A stretch of DNA of 64,000 nucleotides, from positions 10,912,001 through 10,976,000 of the forward strand of contig JBHGNT010000004.1 in the NCBI GenBank assembly GCA_043228905.1, in the 5' to 3' direction. The number at the start of each line of letters is the position of its first letter. The first letter of the stretch is position 1. Under the pieces are notes generated by a model. It saw only the letters and a list, made by a program, of their open reading frames with translations, ran no database searches and was not told the origin of the DNA. The stretch comes from Azolla caroliniana. Lineage: Eukaryota; Plantae; Polypodiophyta. Position numbers and translations under genes: made by a program. Below, piece by piece: positions 25,824-37,990 of the stretch.

Positions 25824-27662
25824 TCACTTTTTTGCCTTCGAAAATCTAAGGCACCGGTATTTTTCACCACTCACAGTTATCTCCAGAGCACCATCTTGAT
25901 TATCTGATGCTGTGCCCATCAGAACGCTCTTCTCTTTCTCTAGATTTTCTCGTTCAATCTTCAATCTAGCTTCCTGCTTCGCAATCTCACTCTGCAATGA
26001 TTTTAAATATCTTTTAACAGCCAATGATAGCCAATGAGATGCCTTGAAAAGTTGCATCGGTCACACTCAAATTTATTTACAAGTAAAATTAAAGCATTTA
26101 CTAAGAGAGAATACCAAAATATTATAACCATCTGAAAGCAATTATTTAAGTTACTAAAATAAGACTATTCTTGCTAATTATGCGAACATAAATATATGTA
26201 TACATAATCTCATTTATGAATTGCTGGCTTTGATACTGCTATAGACAAGACATTGTTAAACTTTGAGCCGTTATTCTAGACTATATCTGAAAAACTTTAT
26301 CCATATCTTGCTGTTGCATTAATGACACCATTTCTCATCTAATTTATGTGCATCTCTTGATTCAATTGAAAATCCATTTCACTTGGGCATCAGCATTTAC
26401 GAGAACACTCTACAGTAAAAAAGTTATATTATGTCTCAAATACCATAAATCCTACATATTTCTGCAATCTGTAGCCCAATTTTCATCAGCATTCTTCTTA
26501 GACACAGAAGGGCTTTGAGTTTTCATTCAAAAAAACAAACATTTGCAAAGATTTAACTCATGAAAATATTTAAGCATTGGCTGCTCTCATTCCGACAGAC
26601 CTAAGACAAAAACCATTCCTCCAGAGATGAATGGGGCATACTTTCTGTCATTTATTCTGGAGATGGCCAAATGGTGCCATGTGCGCAAGCATTTCTATCG
26701 TCATCAACTTTGACTGAGCATACTTTCCGAGTTTACTGATACTACTTCTTTCAATATCATAACTTCCCAGAACCCACTTTCCTTGGGATGCTCACAAGAT
26801 GCTAATATGGTCTTAGGTTAGGCAAAAATGCCTCTGTACATCAAAACCCTATGATGGTTGATATTACTTCTATGCGCATCAGATCTATATTACTTCTTTC
26901 CAAATCAAAATTTACAGAGCAGCCTTTCTATGCTTGATGCTATTATCTCTATCCACATCAGATCTACATCACTTCAGGGGGGCATACTTTCCATGATTGA
27001 CGACATGGCAGAAAATTTTCATTTCATTTATTGAAAGCATTACTATCTACATCAAATTTCATTGGTCATACTTCCTACCTACGGGGGGCAATAAGACAGA
27101 AACATGTCCATGTATACGACAATCTACATCAAAATGCAAAGACTAAACTTTGCTGGTAAAGACACCAAAATAGTCACATGTTAGGCAAGCATTCCTGCGT
27201 ACATCAAACTCCATGCATCATACCTCCTCATTATTCTGATATGACTTAAATATGGTGTCATCTACGCCAAATTTCGCTGAATATCCTTTCCATTATGACT
27301 AATAAGCCATGAAAGGTGTTCATACATCTATAGCATGTCTATCTACACATCAAACATGGTCAAATACTGACAAGGTTTTCGCACCAAAGGAATTTCTATC
27401 TAGATTCTACGTGTCAAAGCTGGCAAAAGACAAACATGTTTCAAAACTTCACAACAGAAGAGAGAGAAGAAAAGAATCTGACCTCTCTCCGTGCGAGCTC
27501 AGCTTTCCAAGCAGCTTCCCTTTCTGCAACTTCGCGTTCTCTTTCTTCGATGTAGCTCTGCATCTCTCTCTCTTTCATGATGCGGTCTTGCAGGTCTGAT
27601 TCAAGGGCTTCTTTGAGCTCCTTAATGAATTTCTCGACCACTGCTTTGATCCTTAATGACAT
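25824..27662 (-). CDS. Conserved plant small coiled-coil protein of unknown function, 115 aa; exons 27662-27483 and 25991-25824
   Basis: A phase-0 GT-AG intron joins MSLRIKAVVEKF...WKAELARRE to SEIAKQEARLKIE...GALEITVSGEKYRCLRFSKAKK*. It resembles a conserved land-plant hypothetical protein as I recall it. Confidence 0.9.
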
Positions 27663-29039
27663 GGTTCAATAAAAAATAAAAAATAAAAGAGGAAGGAAAA
27701 GATAGTTGATTTTAAAGGCTGGCAATGAAGCGAGAGCAGAGCAGAGCGTCTGTGTGGCGAGCAAAGCTTTATTTAACCTCTCGCTTCAAAACGGGTACTA
27801 CGCAGGGAATGAACGCAAAGCGTCGTGGAGAGGAGAAGGATAGGTGATCAAATCAAATCAAATCAAATCAAATCATGAGAGGAGGAGGAACCCTAACAAT
27901 AAGGAAGCAGCATCCATGGAAACCTTCTCAGCCTCTACTTTCCTTCCCTTCCCTTTTCTATTTTGTTTTGGGGTTTTCTCTAAACAATTATTGAACTGGT
28001 TTTCGTCCTCACCGTATATGTTTACATATATGTATATGTATTTATTTCATTTTTTTTCTTCTGGTTTTTTCTGGAAAATTCATTGATGTTGATCTGTCCG
28101 TCCGTCCGTCCGTCCGTCCGTCCCAAACCCCTCCAAATGAACAAAAATGGAGGAAGGAGGGAGGGGGGCATTGGCTTTGGGGTCACGAACTCCTTTTCCC
28201 TCCTAACACATCCCATGTGTTGAGGGCCATGTCACTAATAAAAAATCGTCCCCGTCGGACCCCCACACACAAGCACGATGCATCAAGACCATTCCGTATG
28301 ACACTTGGTGCTCTTCAATAATGAGTTCTCCGGATATTGGGCTCTTTGTTGAACCTCATCGTCGTCAACGGGAATAGATAATGCGCTCTTTTTCGTTACC
28401 TATGTGTCCGGGGGAGAATCTTGGATACGAGGCACGTTGCGTTGCTGCCAAATTAGCCCCCCCCCCCTTCACCCCATTATCATCATCATTATCGTGTGTT
28501 TAGTTAGGCATTCAATTCAAAATCTTCACCACATATCATAGAAAATGATCTCAATTCTCAACCATCACCTTGGCCAATGCGATTCACACACATTTGTTCG
28601 CAGGGTTTGAGAGTGAGCATGTATCGGGAGGTGAGCGGCTCTTCATTTCAAAATTAGCAACCTGGCAATGGATCCATCCATCCATCCATCCATATGAATG
28701 GCGAATTACATACCGTATGCATGGATTAAGGCATCAATTACATCCCCTGAATTACATACGTACCAAAGGCATGCTGCACATACATACATACATACATACA
28801 TACATACATACATGTATGCGTGCATGGATGGCACTTCCTTTGGCTGGACATTGTCTGAGGTCAGGAACTTCCCCCGCAACAAAAAAGAAAACTACACAAT
28901 AAATACCCTAAATACATATGTATGTATACCCATCCTTGTCTGTATTTTTGAAATCCCATCCTCTTCCCCCCCAAAAGGAAAGAAAACAAAACAAAAAAAC
29001 AGAAGAGCAGATGTCATCTTTAACTACAAAGAAGAGCAG

Positions 29040-31864
29040 ATGGCGATGCTTCGGCACCTGAGAATCCCTAACCCTACTGCTCTGAGGAGGTCACCACTGC
29101 CAGCCATGTAGGTACCAAAATCTCTCGTACTTGATTTCTCTCTCTGTCTCTCTCTCATTTTTTCCATGATATCTGCTTCCATTTCCTCTCACATACAATA
29201 TGATACTCGATTTTATGGCTGTGGAAACAGCAACCTGTTTTGTTCGTCTTCTTCTTCCTTGACTTCACGAAAGAATGGTGGTGACATTCGTGATGATGCT
29301 CCCTCTTCCAAGAAATCCTCCAAATCCCGTCCATGTTTTAGCAGAGAATCCACACTCGACTCCTCTCTAGCTAATAAGTTTGGTGGTGATGCGATCAAGA
29401 AGCCTCCATTTCAGTCTCTTCATAAGGTAACAAAAACGCACAATGTCTCCACTTACTCATTACCAAATTTGGTCTACAATATTAGCTTGCTTGGATGAAT
29501 GAATCCGTGCAAAATCAAGCAATTTCAAGTGAAAGCAAAGACGATAAAATAAAGTGGCAACATTCTCCGCGAAAACATAAATAAAAGTTTGTTCCAAAGT
29601 TGTTTATGTTGGATTAATGTGAACTTGGTTTAAGTGAAAGTAAAGATTGGAAGTGAAAAGTCTTGATAAAATCAATTAAATTCTTCTAAAACGTAGCAAT
29701 CTTTTGTTCCACGTTTGACTAAACTTGCTGCAAAACCAATCATATTTTGTGTTTTGATTTGCCTTGGTTTACATGAAAGGAAACGCTGGATGTTCGTTAA
29801 AGTGTAAACACATTTTCAGAATGTTTGTATTAACAAATCCCTATAGCAGAAAAGTTTCTTTGGAATTGATAATTGATCAGCATTAGAATGGATTATGCTG
29901 AATGAAACAGACTATTTGGAGGTAAATTTCTTGATGAAATCAAGCAGATTTTAGCTCGAGTTAGTCTTCAAAACGTAGAGTCGACATAAAATCTGATGGT
30001 GGGATTTGTTTTGCAAATTTTACAACTCTCTCGTAGTGTTTTCAATACACCTGTACTTCTGCCGTATCGAATAGCAGCTCCTGTAACATAAAATTGTGTC
30101 CATGTAAATTAGTTTTTTCCCTCTTTTTACAGGCGATTATAGCTGGGGAAGTATGCATGCCTCCATTGCAGAAGGTTCGTAAGAATGGCAAAGTGATAAC
30201 CACATTTTCAGTTGCAACAGGTGGAATGTGGAGGTTACCTCTACCAAGCGAAGTGGCTGAATCCAGCAGTCCAGAAAATGAGTGTACAGACTCATGCATA
30301 CAGTATCATAAGGTGGCCATACACGATGAAGGACTAGGAAGACTTGCTGTGCGGACCCTAAGGAAAGGGTAGCTCTCGGACATTTTGCACTGAATGTTAT
30401 TATAATCTATGTGTAAATGTTGGTTTTTAATTTCAAACAAAATATTTTGCAAATAGTGACCCGTTCAGCTAGACATAGAGACATAGAAAGACTTGCAGTG
30501 TTGACTTGCTTAAATATTTCAGTTTGTGTGTGGACAAATGTTTATAAGTTCATGGAAACATAGGAAGACTTGCAGTTTAGACTCTAAGAAAAGTGTAGTT
30601 TTGAGCATTTATTGTAAACAAATATTTATCGGTTTATAGAAACATACCAGAGAGACATTCTATAAGGGTAGACATTTCATCAGATTCAAATGGAAAGATG
30701 TAAGAAGCAAAGAGATTTCACCCTTTTTATACAATGATAGACAAGTGGAATATGTAAGTTAACGAAAATGCACCTATACTGACCACTTGTTTCTACGATG
30801 AGATATGTTTGTCAAATGAAGGGTATCTATTTTTGTCTAAATGCAGAAGATATCTATTTTTGATACCCTAACACCTATTTTATGCTCATATAATATGTAT
30901 TTTTGTAAGTAAGGTGAGAAAGTTAGACCTGCTTGTTCATATAATCTGACTGCATGTTCGCATAACTATCAGCGTCTTTCACCATATAGAATATTATTGA
31001 TATAATAGTACAAAGTTATGTTATTTTGTATGTTGCCCTATATCCATGTAATTTAAGTGTTTTTATAGGCATAGCAATTAGAAGAACATCCCCCATTATT
31101 TACGAGCTTCACCACTTATTAATTACTACATGTATGCAAAACATTTGCATCTCGTTGACAATCCAAGCTTATGCAGTCTTTGTTGGGAGCAGAAATATTC
31201 AAGTCAAATGTTTATGTTAAGTTTTGTAAAGACTGATTGTAGTAAGAGTTATCCTGCTAATGATACATGGATTTAACCATTTAAGGAAGAGACATCCACC
31301 TTGGAGCATTGTAAGTCAAATTGATGTTTCAACTGAATAAATTGTCCTTCCCATTAAATAGTTGCTTTCGCCTCTGTAGTTTTATGTTTTTATCCTTCGA
31401 TTTTTACCTTGTTCTTATTCCATCCATAAGTGGTAAGTTTAGTGTGGTCTCATGAAGGTATGCATAATCAGTGCTGATGATTCTGTTCCTGTAGCTCGAA
31501 TATCTTGTTTTTTTCTGAATATTATTGTTTGGCATATTGCAGCATGCAGGTCTATGTGGAAGGAGAGTTGGAGATCAGAGTCTTTAATGATGCTGATACA
31601 GGTGTTATTAAACGTGACCGTGAAGTTGCTGTTCATGTCTCAGGTATGCAGAGTTAATACCTGACAGGTTGATGATTTGCCAAACTCTTTTTCTATGAAT
31701 AACTAGGAAATATCTTTTACTGCTACTTGCTTTTCTTCTTTTCAATTTAGATAATTTTCCGTTCATTTTAGGCATATCAGTTATTTCACGTGTGCTCTTC
31801 TGCAGGTCAAATATTTTCATTAAATCACAAAGGTGCTGTTCCTATTGACATGATTGTGCAGTAG
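29040..31864 (+). CDS. SSB: Organellar (probably mitochondrial) single-stranded DNA-binding protein, about 219 aa; exons 29040-29107, 29231-29426, 30133-30368, 31543-31643, 31806-31864
   Basis: All introns are GT-AG with consistent phases. OB-fold motifs HKAIIAGEV..PLQK..KNGK.ITTFSVATGG, QYHKVAIH, LRKGMQVYVEGELEIRVFND; Arg/Ser-rich N-terminal presequence. Confidence 0.88.
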
Positions 31865-32859
31865 TTATTATCATGAGCCAAACAGAATGACTGAATAAAA
31901 GGACTTCTTTGTGGAAACACAACTGGCTTATGATTATACTATGTCTGCTGTAGATGGTAATGGATGTATGTTGAGATGGTCATTTTCATTCATTGAGAGC
32001 TCTGAATTTTCAGAAATAGGTTTGAAGGAAGAATTGCATAATATAATTTTGTGGGGTGTATCTAGGGAGAAATGGTTGGATTAAATGTAATGGAGCACTC
32101 TTTCAAGAGAGCAAACAAATCATTACCTGATAAAGCACATAATGAAAGAAATGGCCTAAGTCTAAATATATAAATTCAGTGAGGTCAACCGTATGCATTG
32201 CAACATTATGGCTGTTCGTAGGTTCCTGAGTTTAACAATTTTATTCTCTTTCAAAATTTTAATTTGAAATCTATTGTTATTGCCTTCTAAATTGTTGGCT
32301 TTACAGCCTCTTTTTGATGTTGGGCAGTGATACTTAAATTTGTTGGAATTGATAGAGGAATGGTAAGTAAGTACGCCATGTTTGAAAGAGTATATTCATG
32401 AAATGTGCATATATAATTGAGTATTATTCAACCTGTTCAATGGGTCCTTTTGATTGCCAGATCTACATGTGCTAGCTTGCAATGCTTACACACTACCTTA
32501 TGCTACTTGTACTCAATTTCGTGTGTATTATTGGCTATGAACTGGTCCTCAGTGTTCAAATGGGTAAATTTTCTTTTGTGTGAATTATGAAATTTGATAA
32601 TGTTTTTTATTATAGATTTTAGTTAGTAAATAGATAAGTATTATTAATAATTTGCATGAAACTTTAGTGGCTTGTGATTAGATTCACTCAAAGGAAGTAA
32701 ACATGTTGTAAAATTTATGCTGTATAACAAATCTTGCAATGCTTGAACAATTTATCAAAATTCCATAGGAAGTAGACCATTGGACCACCATTAAGGTAGA
32801 GGCACTCTGCCATTAGTATCTAGACATAAATTGTCCTTCCAAGTTGATCACAATAAATG

Positions 32860-33140
32860 ATATTGTGGTGATAAATGGCAATTTAGCTCAATGAATGCTT
32901 TTACAGCAATGTGAGCTTGCAATATTTTGCATTGTGGTGCTAAATGTCAAGTTAGCACAATGAAAGCTTTTACTCTGGCAATGTGAGCTTGCAATATTTT
33001 GCCTTGTAACAATTTGCAATATTTTGTATTCTTATATTGTGGTGCTAAATAGCAAACTAGCACAATGAATGCTTTTATTGTAGCAATTTGAGCTTGCAAT
33101 ATTTTGCATTCTTGTAACAATTTGCAGTATTTTATGGTCT
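32860..33140. repeat. Degenerate AT-rich tandem repeat
   Basis: Recurring gcaatgtgagcttgcaatattttgc / ttgtggtgctaaat / gcacaatgaatgctttta units, about three copies. Confidence 0.75.
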
Positions 33141-33639
33141 TCCAACAATTTATATTATGGCATATTGCCTCCTATAGTTGGAATGGGCAAGAACGGTTGT
33201 CTTTGATAAATTTTCTAATGATCTTGTCTTAATATCAACACGACAAGGTACTCCCTCCAACAATTTAAATTGTCATGACAGTTTTCCTAATGTATTGATA
33301 GAATGCCTTGTGAACATGTGGAATGAATAGAAGCAAACATTCAGAGCAAGTCCTCTAAAGAGGCACATGATGGACTTGTGGAGCCCATTATGTTAGTGAT
33401 GGCAAAAAAATGGCCCATTGTTTAGGAAGATTACAACAAATGCTAAAATATAGCCAACCAATAAAATGTCTTTAGTGGAAGTATTGATGGGTGAGGCATG
33501 CAAGCTCTCTTTGTATATATTTTATATTTTAGAAATTGGATCTTGATTTCAAAACCTTCACAATATAGTGCTACTTGAGTGGGACCATGGGGGTCTTGGG
33601 ACTAAGGAGGACACAAGGACTAGGAGGTCACAACCCAAG

Positions 33640-33890
33640 GGACTTGTAGACTCGGAGGAGTCAAAACCTCCCACAAGTTGAAGGCTCCCATGAGCTGAAA
33701 GATCGAGGGAGTCAAAAGCTCTTATGAGTTGAAAGGTCGGGGGAGTCAAAGGCTCCTACAAGTCGAAAGCTTGGAGGAGTCAAAGGTTCCCACAAGTCAA
33801 AAGCGCCTACAAGTTGAAAGATCAGGGGAGTGGAAAGCTCCTACGAGTCGAAGGGTGCGACAAGTCGAAGCGTCGCAACTAGTTGAAGGA
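33640..33890. repeat. Short subrepeat array (ggagtcaaa.gctcc.acaagtcgaa)
   Basis: About six imperfect copies visible; probably inside a TE or LTR. Confidence 0.6.
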
Positions 33891-34254
33891 AGTGATGAGC
33901 TCCTCCCCTTTCCCCTCCCCCGCTCACTCTCACATAGTAGATACTAGAAAAACAATTAAAACACGAGGTCAGGATCAAGATGAATGACTAATGTATTTTG
34001 CTCAAGATTAAGAAGGAATTAAGCAATTTATGAGACCAAAGAAAGCCTCTTGTTAGGCCGAAACCTAGGTTAAGAAAGAACCTTTTATAAAATAGGTTAT
34101 ACAATGTTTGAGTGACACAACTACTCCCAAACATCTCATACATAAATACACGTATTCTCTTCCCTCTAGACTAATTCACATAGAAATAACTTTGCTCAAG
34201 TGCACACGAACACAAGCACAAATTTAAAATCCCTCATAAAAATATACCAAACAT

Positions 34255-34328
34255 ATACATACATACATACATACATACATACATACATACATACATACAT
34301 ACATACATACATGCATGCATGCATGCAT
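34255..34328. repeat. (TACA)n/(TGCA)n microsatellite
   Basis: Seen directly. Confidence 0.95.
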
Positions 34329-34598
34329 ATATACATATAGATATAGACCGTAATACACACACAAAAAAAATAGATGCATCTTCTACACGCGCACACAAAT
34401 TTTGAAAAAGTGAAATGCAACTTTTTGAAAAAAACCAACTATGAAAATCCACATCTTTAAGCACTCCAACATCAACACGTCAAGGCATCCACCATATTTG
34501 GTTTAGGTCCTCAGTGGTCCCATTCAGATTTCACATGCTTACATGTAACTTCGCGACATACTTTGATGAACATGACCTGAAACGATCAACAAGGGACG

Positions 34599-35700
34599 AT
34601 GGCTACCCAAAATGAAGACTTTGCATTGATGATGACAAAAATGATGATGCAAAATAAAGAGACAAAGAGAAGAGATGAGCATTGCTCATGTATGGTCGCA
34701 AGACTTGTATACACATTTGGACAATTTGAAGGCATCACCATCTCAAAATGTTTACATAAATACAATAATTTGATGCTTCAAGGGGTGTGGGTGAGGCAAT
34801 ACAATTGTTCTATACTTCAATTGAGTGGTATCCTCAACTTTATCTAAACAGTCTGTAAAGTTTACGAGGCCAACGCATTGTGTTGTTCCTTTCCAAATGG
34901 TATTGCTAAAAGAATTCGAGGACAATGATGTGATCAGAACAACAATCTACAATGAGTTTGACAATTGGGTCGCATAAAAAAAGCTCTATGAAACTCCAAT
35001 AACGTCATTATATGAGTTTGAGGCTTGTTATGTTGACTTTCATATTGAGATCAAACGTTGGTTGGTGGGGGGGGGCCTGAACAAAGTATTAATGTTCCTA
35101 CAGTCTATCAATCTAGATGAAAGGATGATGCACTAGAGGATGATGATGGCACTAATGGACTAATTGAGAACCGTGATGATGTAAGATGGATGTGTCAACA
35201 AACAAAAAGAAAGACTAGAACAACCCAGTTCCTATTCATAGAGAAGAAAAGAGCTCATCAAAGAAAATAGTCTCCTCATTCGACATGGATGAACTCATTA
35301 GGAAGGCGTAAGAAAACATTAAAGAGAAGGTCAATATTGAAGAGGAATCGACAAAGATGCTAACACAGAAACTAGAAGAAGTCAACATAAGATACACTGA
35401 TGAGTCATGACTCAAACGTGAACATGAACATGAACACGAACATGAACATGAAGGAAGAGAATGTTAATTTAAAAGAGACTTGAATAAAAGAACATGTACC
35501 ATTTGAAGAGAAAACTAAAAGACAAGGACTTGTGCACAATGCCTTCTTGACATGTGACAATAAACAGATAAAAGAAAAGGTCAACGGAATAGAAAATGGT
35601 GTATATGAAACACCTATGGCTTGGTTATCTTCGGGAGGGACGCGAGGTGAAATGGGATTAGGGCCCACGTTCAATTGAGTGTCTGGTGCCAATGGTAGTG
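34599..35700 (+). mobile_element. Decayed homolog of the gag-like element at 13474-15900
   Basis: gaggatgatgatggcactaatggacta matches DDDGANGL; also a GQFEG..ISK.L..Y motif and EFDNWV-like sequence. Confidence 0.6.
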
Positions 35701-36155
35701 GGGGGTGCGACTAAGAGGGCTTGGCCGATGATTGTTGCGTGAGCGTGGAGTCAGACGTGCCCTCGGTTGGCTCGACATGGTGGGATGGTGGCCGAGAACG
35801 TGTGATGCAGTTGGGCACCGTAATGGTGACTAGGGGTTTCCTCCTACGTTGTTCGTTGTGCTTCACAACGTGAACCAGGCGTGCCAAATTTTGTTATTTC
35901 TTTGTTCGGAGATACACGTTCGATTACTATCCTGAGTAATCAGGTCAAGGAACCGTGGTTGCGTAGGAAGGTACAATAGGACTGAATGGGCCTATTAACC
36001 CCGAAATGACCGGTCACAACCGGACTTATGGTTAATACTAGAATAGAAACGAGCAAAAAGATTATTTAATTGACAACAACGGATTAACCCAACAAAGTAT
36101 GTATTATAGTTTTTACTGCATCAAAATGATTACATGGCTCACGACCGACAAACCC

Positions 36156-36158
<3 letters not shown>

Positions 36159-36207
<49 letters not shown>
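36159..36207. repeat. (AT)n microsatellite
   Basis: Seen directly. Confidence 0.95.
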
Positions 36208-36209
<2 letters not shown>

Positions 36210-36454
36210 TCCTCTCTCTCTCATAAAGCGCATATCCCCATCTCTCTCTTATTCCCCGATTTATATAGCTTTTGTATCTTCTTGGCGTGCTTCAACCACC
36301 TCTCTGATTTTCCGATTTTTATTCCCGGCGACGCGTAATTCATTCAACTACTTCCTTCATGCTTGGTTGATTCTCCTTTTTCACCTACTATTACCTACTC
36401 GTTTCTTTTAGATTCGTTTCACACTTCATAACTTTTGTCCCACGGATAACAATC

Positions 36455-36968
36455 CTATGCAACCGTTGCGTGATTTTGGAGTTCCATGCTCATGGGGCTT
36501 GTTTGAGACTGTAAAGTGACTTCTTAAGTTGGCATATCGCCGACTTGTTCAAATCCGACTGAAACCCCAGCGGATGGACCATAAATACCTGTTCTGCAAG
36601 ATCCCATTGAAGAAACGCGTTCTTGACATCCATCTGATGGAGATGCCACCCTCTTGCTGCTGTTACCGCCAACACCACACGGACTGTCGTCATCTTCGCC
36701 ACTGGTGCGAAGGTCTAGTCATAGTCAATGTTGTGGGTCTGCGCATAACCGTTGGCCACCAATTGGGCCTTATACTAGTTGACCGAAGCATCGGTGTTGT
36801 AGTTTACTTCATACAGCCATTTGCATCCGATCATTTTGAAATGTTGGAGAGGGTCAACTAAGTCCCATGTCTTGTTGGCATCAAGTGCCCGCATTTCGTC
36901 CTCCATGGCTATCGACATTGCTCTCCGCCTCACGGACTTCTGCCACTTTTGTCATGTATGCATAATAT
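36455..36968 (-). mobile_element. copia family A RT fragment
   Basis: [31 protein letters not shown]...KKSLYSLKQAP. Confidence 0.9.
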
Positions 36969-37990
36969 AAAAGTTAATATGCGGAAGCTTAGATAAATTG
37001 GCACAACCGAATAACAATAGTAGAACAAAAATGAAGGTTTAATGGAACCTTAAGAATACATAGTACACGGGAGAGACAGAGAGAGCAGAATAGCATAAAC
37101 TTAATTAAAATAAATGACACTCCGTACATACAAATGTCCTACAGAACACTTTTTATACAAGTCCTTAAAAGGACTGACAGAAGTATTGACATGTATTCAA
37201 TGCTCATACGAGCAACTGACACTAACTCCAAGGAATATATCTACGTACTAGGCTCGCACCCTAGGTTCCAACGGCCTACCGGTTCTCACTATTTTGGAGT
37301 ACGATCCGGTTCTCCAGTCCGGCTCTAGGTTCGGGGGTTCTGGATACTGATATATACGGACACCTATCCGGTTCTTCATTCCGAATATCGATCTGGCTCT
37401 GGCTTATTCTGCCGATCAGGATCCGGTTGAGCTCAACACTCCCCCTCAACTTGAGGTTGGATCGCTATGTGTGTCCGCCGGTCCTCTCGTCTGACTCCTC
37501 CTAATGTCTTCCCGCCTTGCTCGCGCTCCTTGACCCGTCCAGTTCCGCTTTCCATGACATGTCCGGACCTACGCACCTCGACCTTCTCAGATGGCTTGTC
37601 TGCTCATAAGGCCCATCTGAGCTCCTTCACTGTTCTGACTCCGACGCATCTCGACTTGTTGGTTCCTCCGTGTCGGTGTCAACTTCCACTGCCTCCTCGT
37701 TCGTTTGGCCTTCAGTTGATCTGGCTCCTCCGAATCAAGCACCTCTTCCAAATCGGGTGACTCCGATTCATTCTAGGTCTTGTCCGAATTAGGTGTCTCC
37801 AATTCATCCTCAATCTTCGGGCCCTTTACCACATCTAACCACGTCTGGGTCTTGGCCTTCTCCTTCCTGTCGACTCTGTCCTTCTTGACTCTAATGTTGT
37901 CCCCGCTTGTTCTTACTTGTTCGGACGTGCCTACTTCTTCAGTCGACTTGGCTTCCTTCTTCTTCTTGTCTACCCTTGTCTCTCCGACCT

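Noticed and set aside
32860-33890. CRISPR-like repeat arrays
   Set aside because: Repeats are degenerate, without constant-length unique spacers or cas genes, and the context is eukaryotic.
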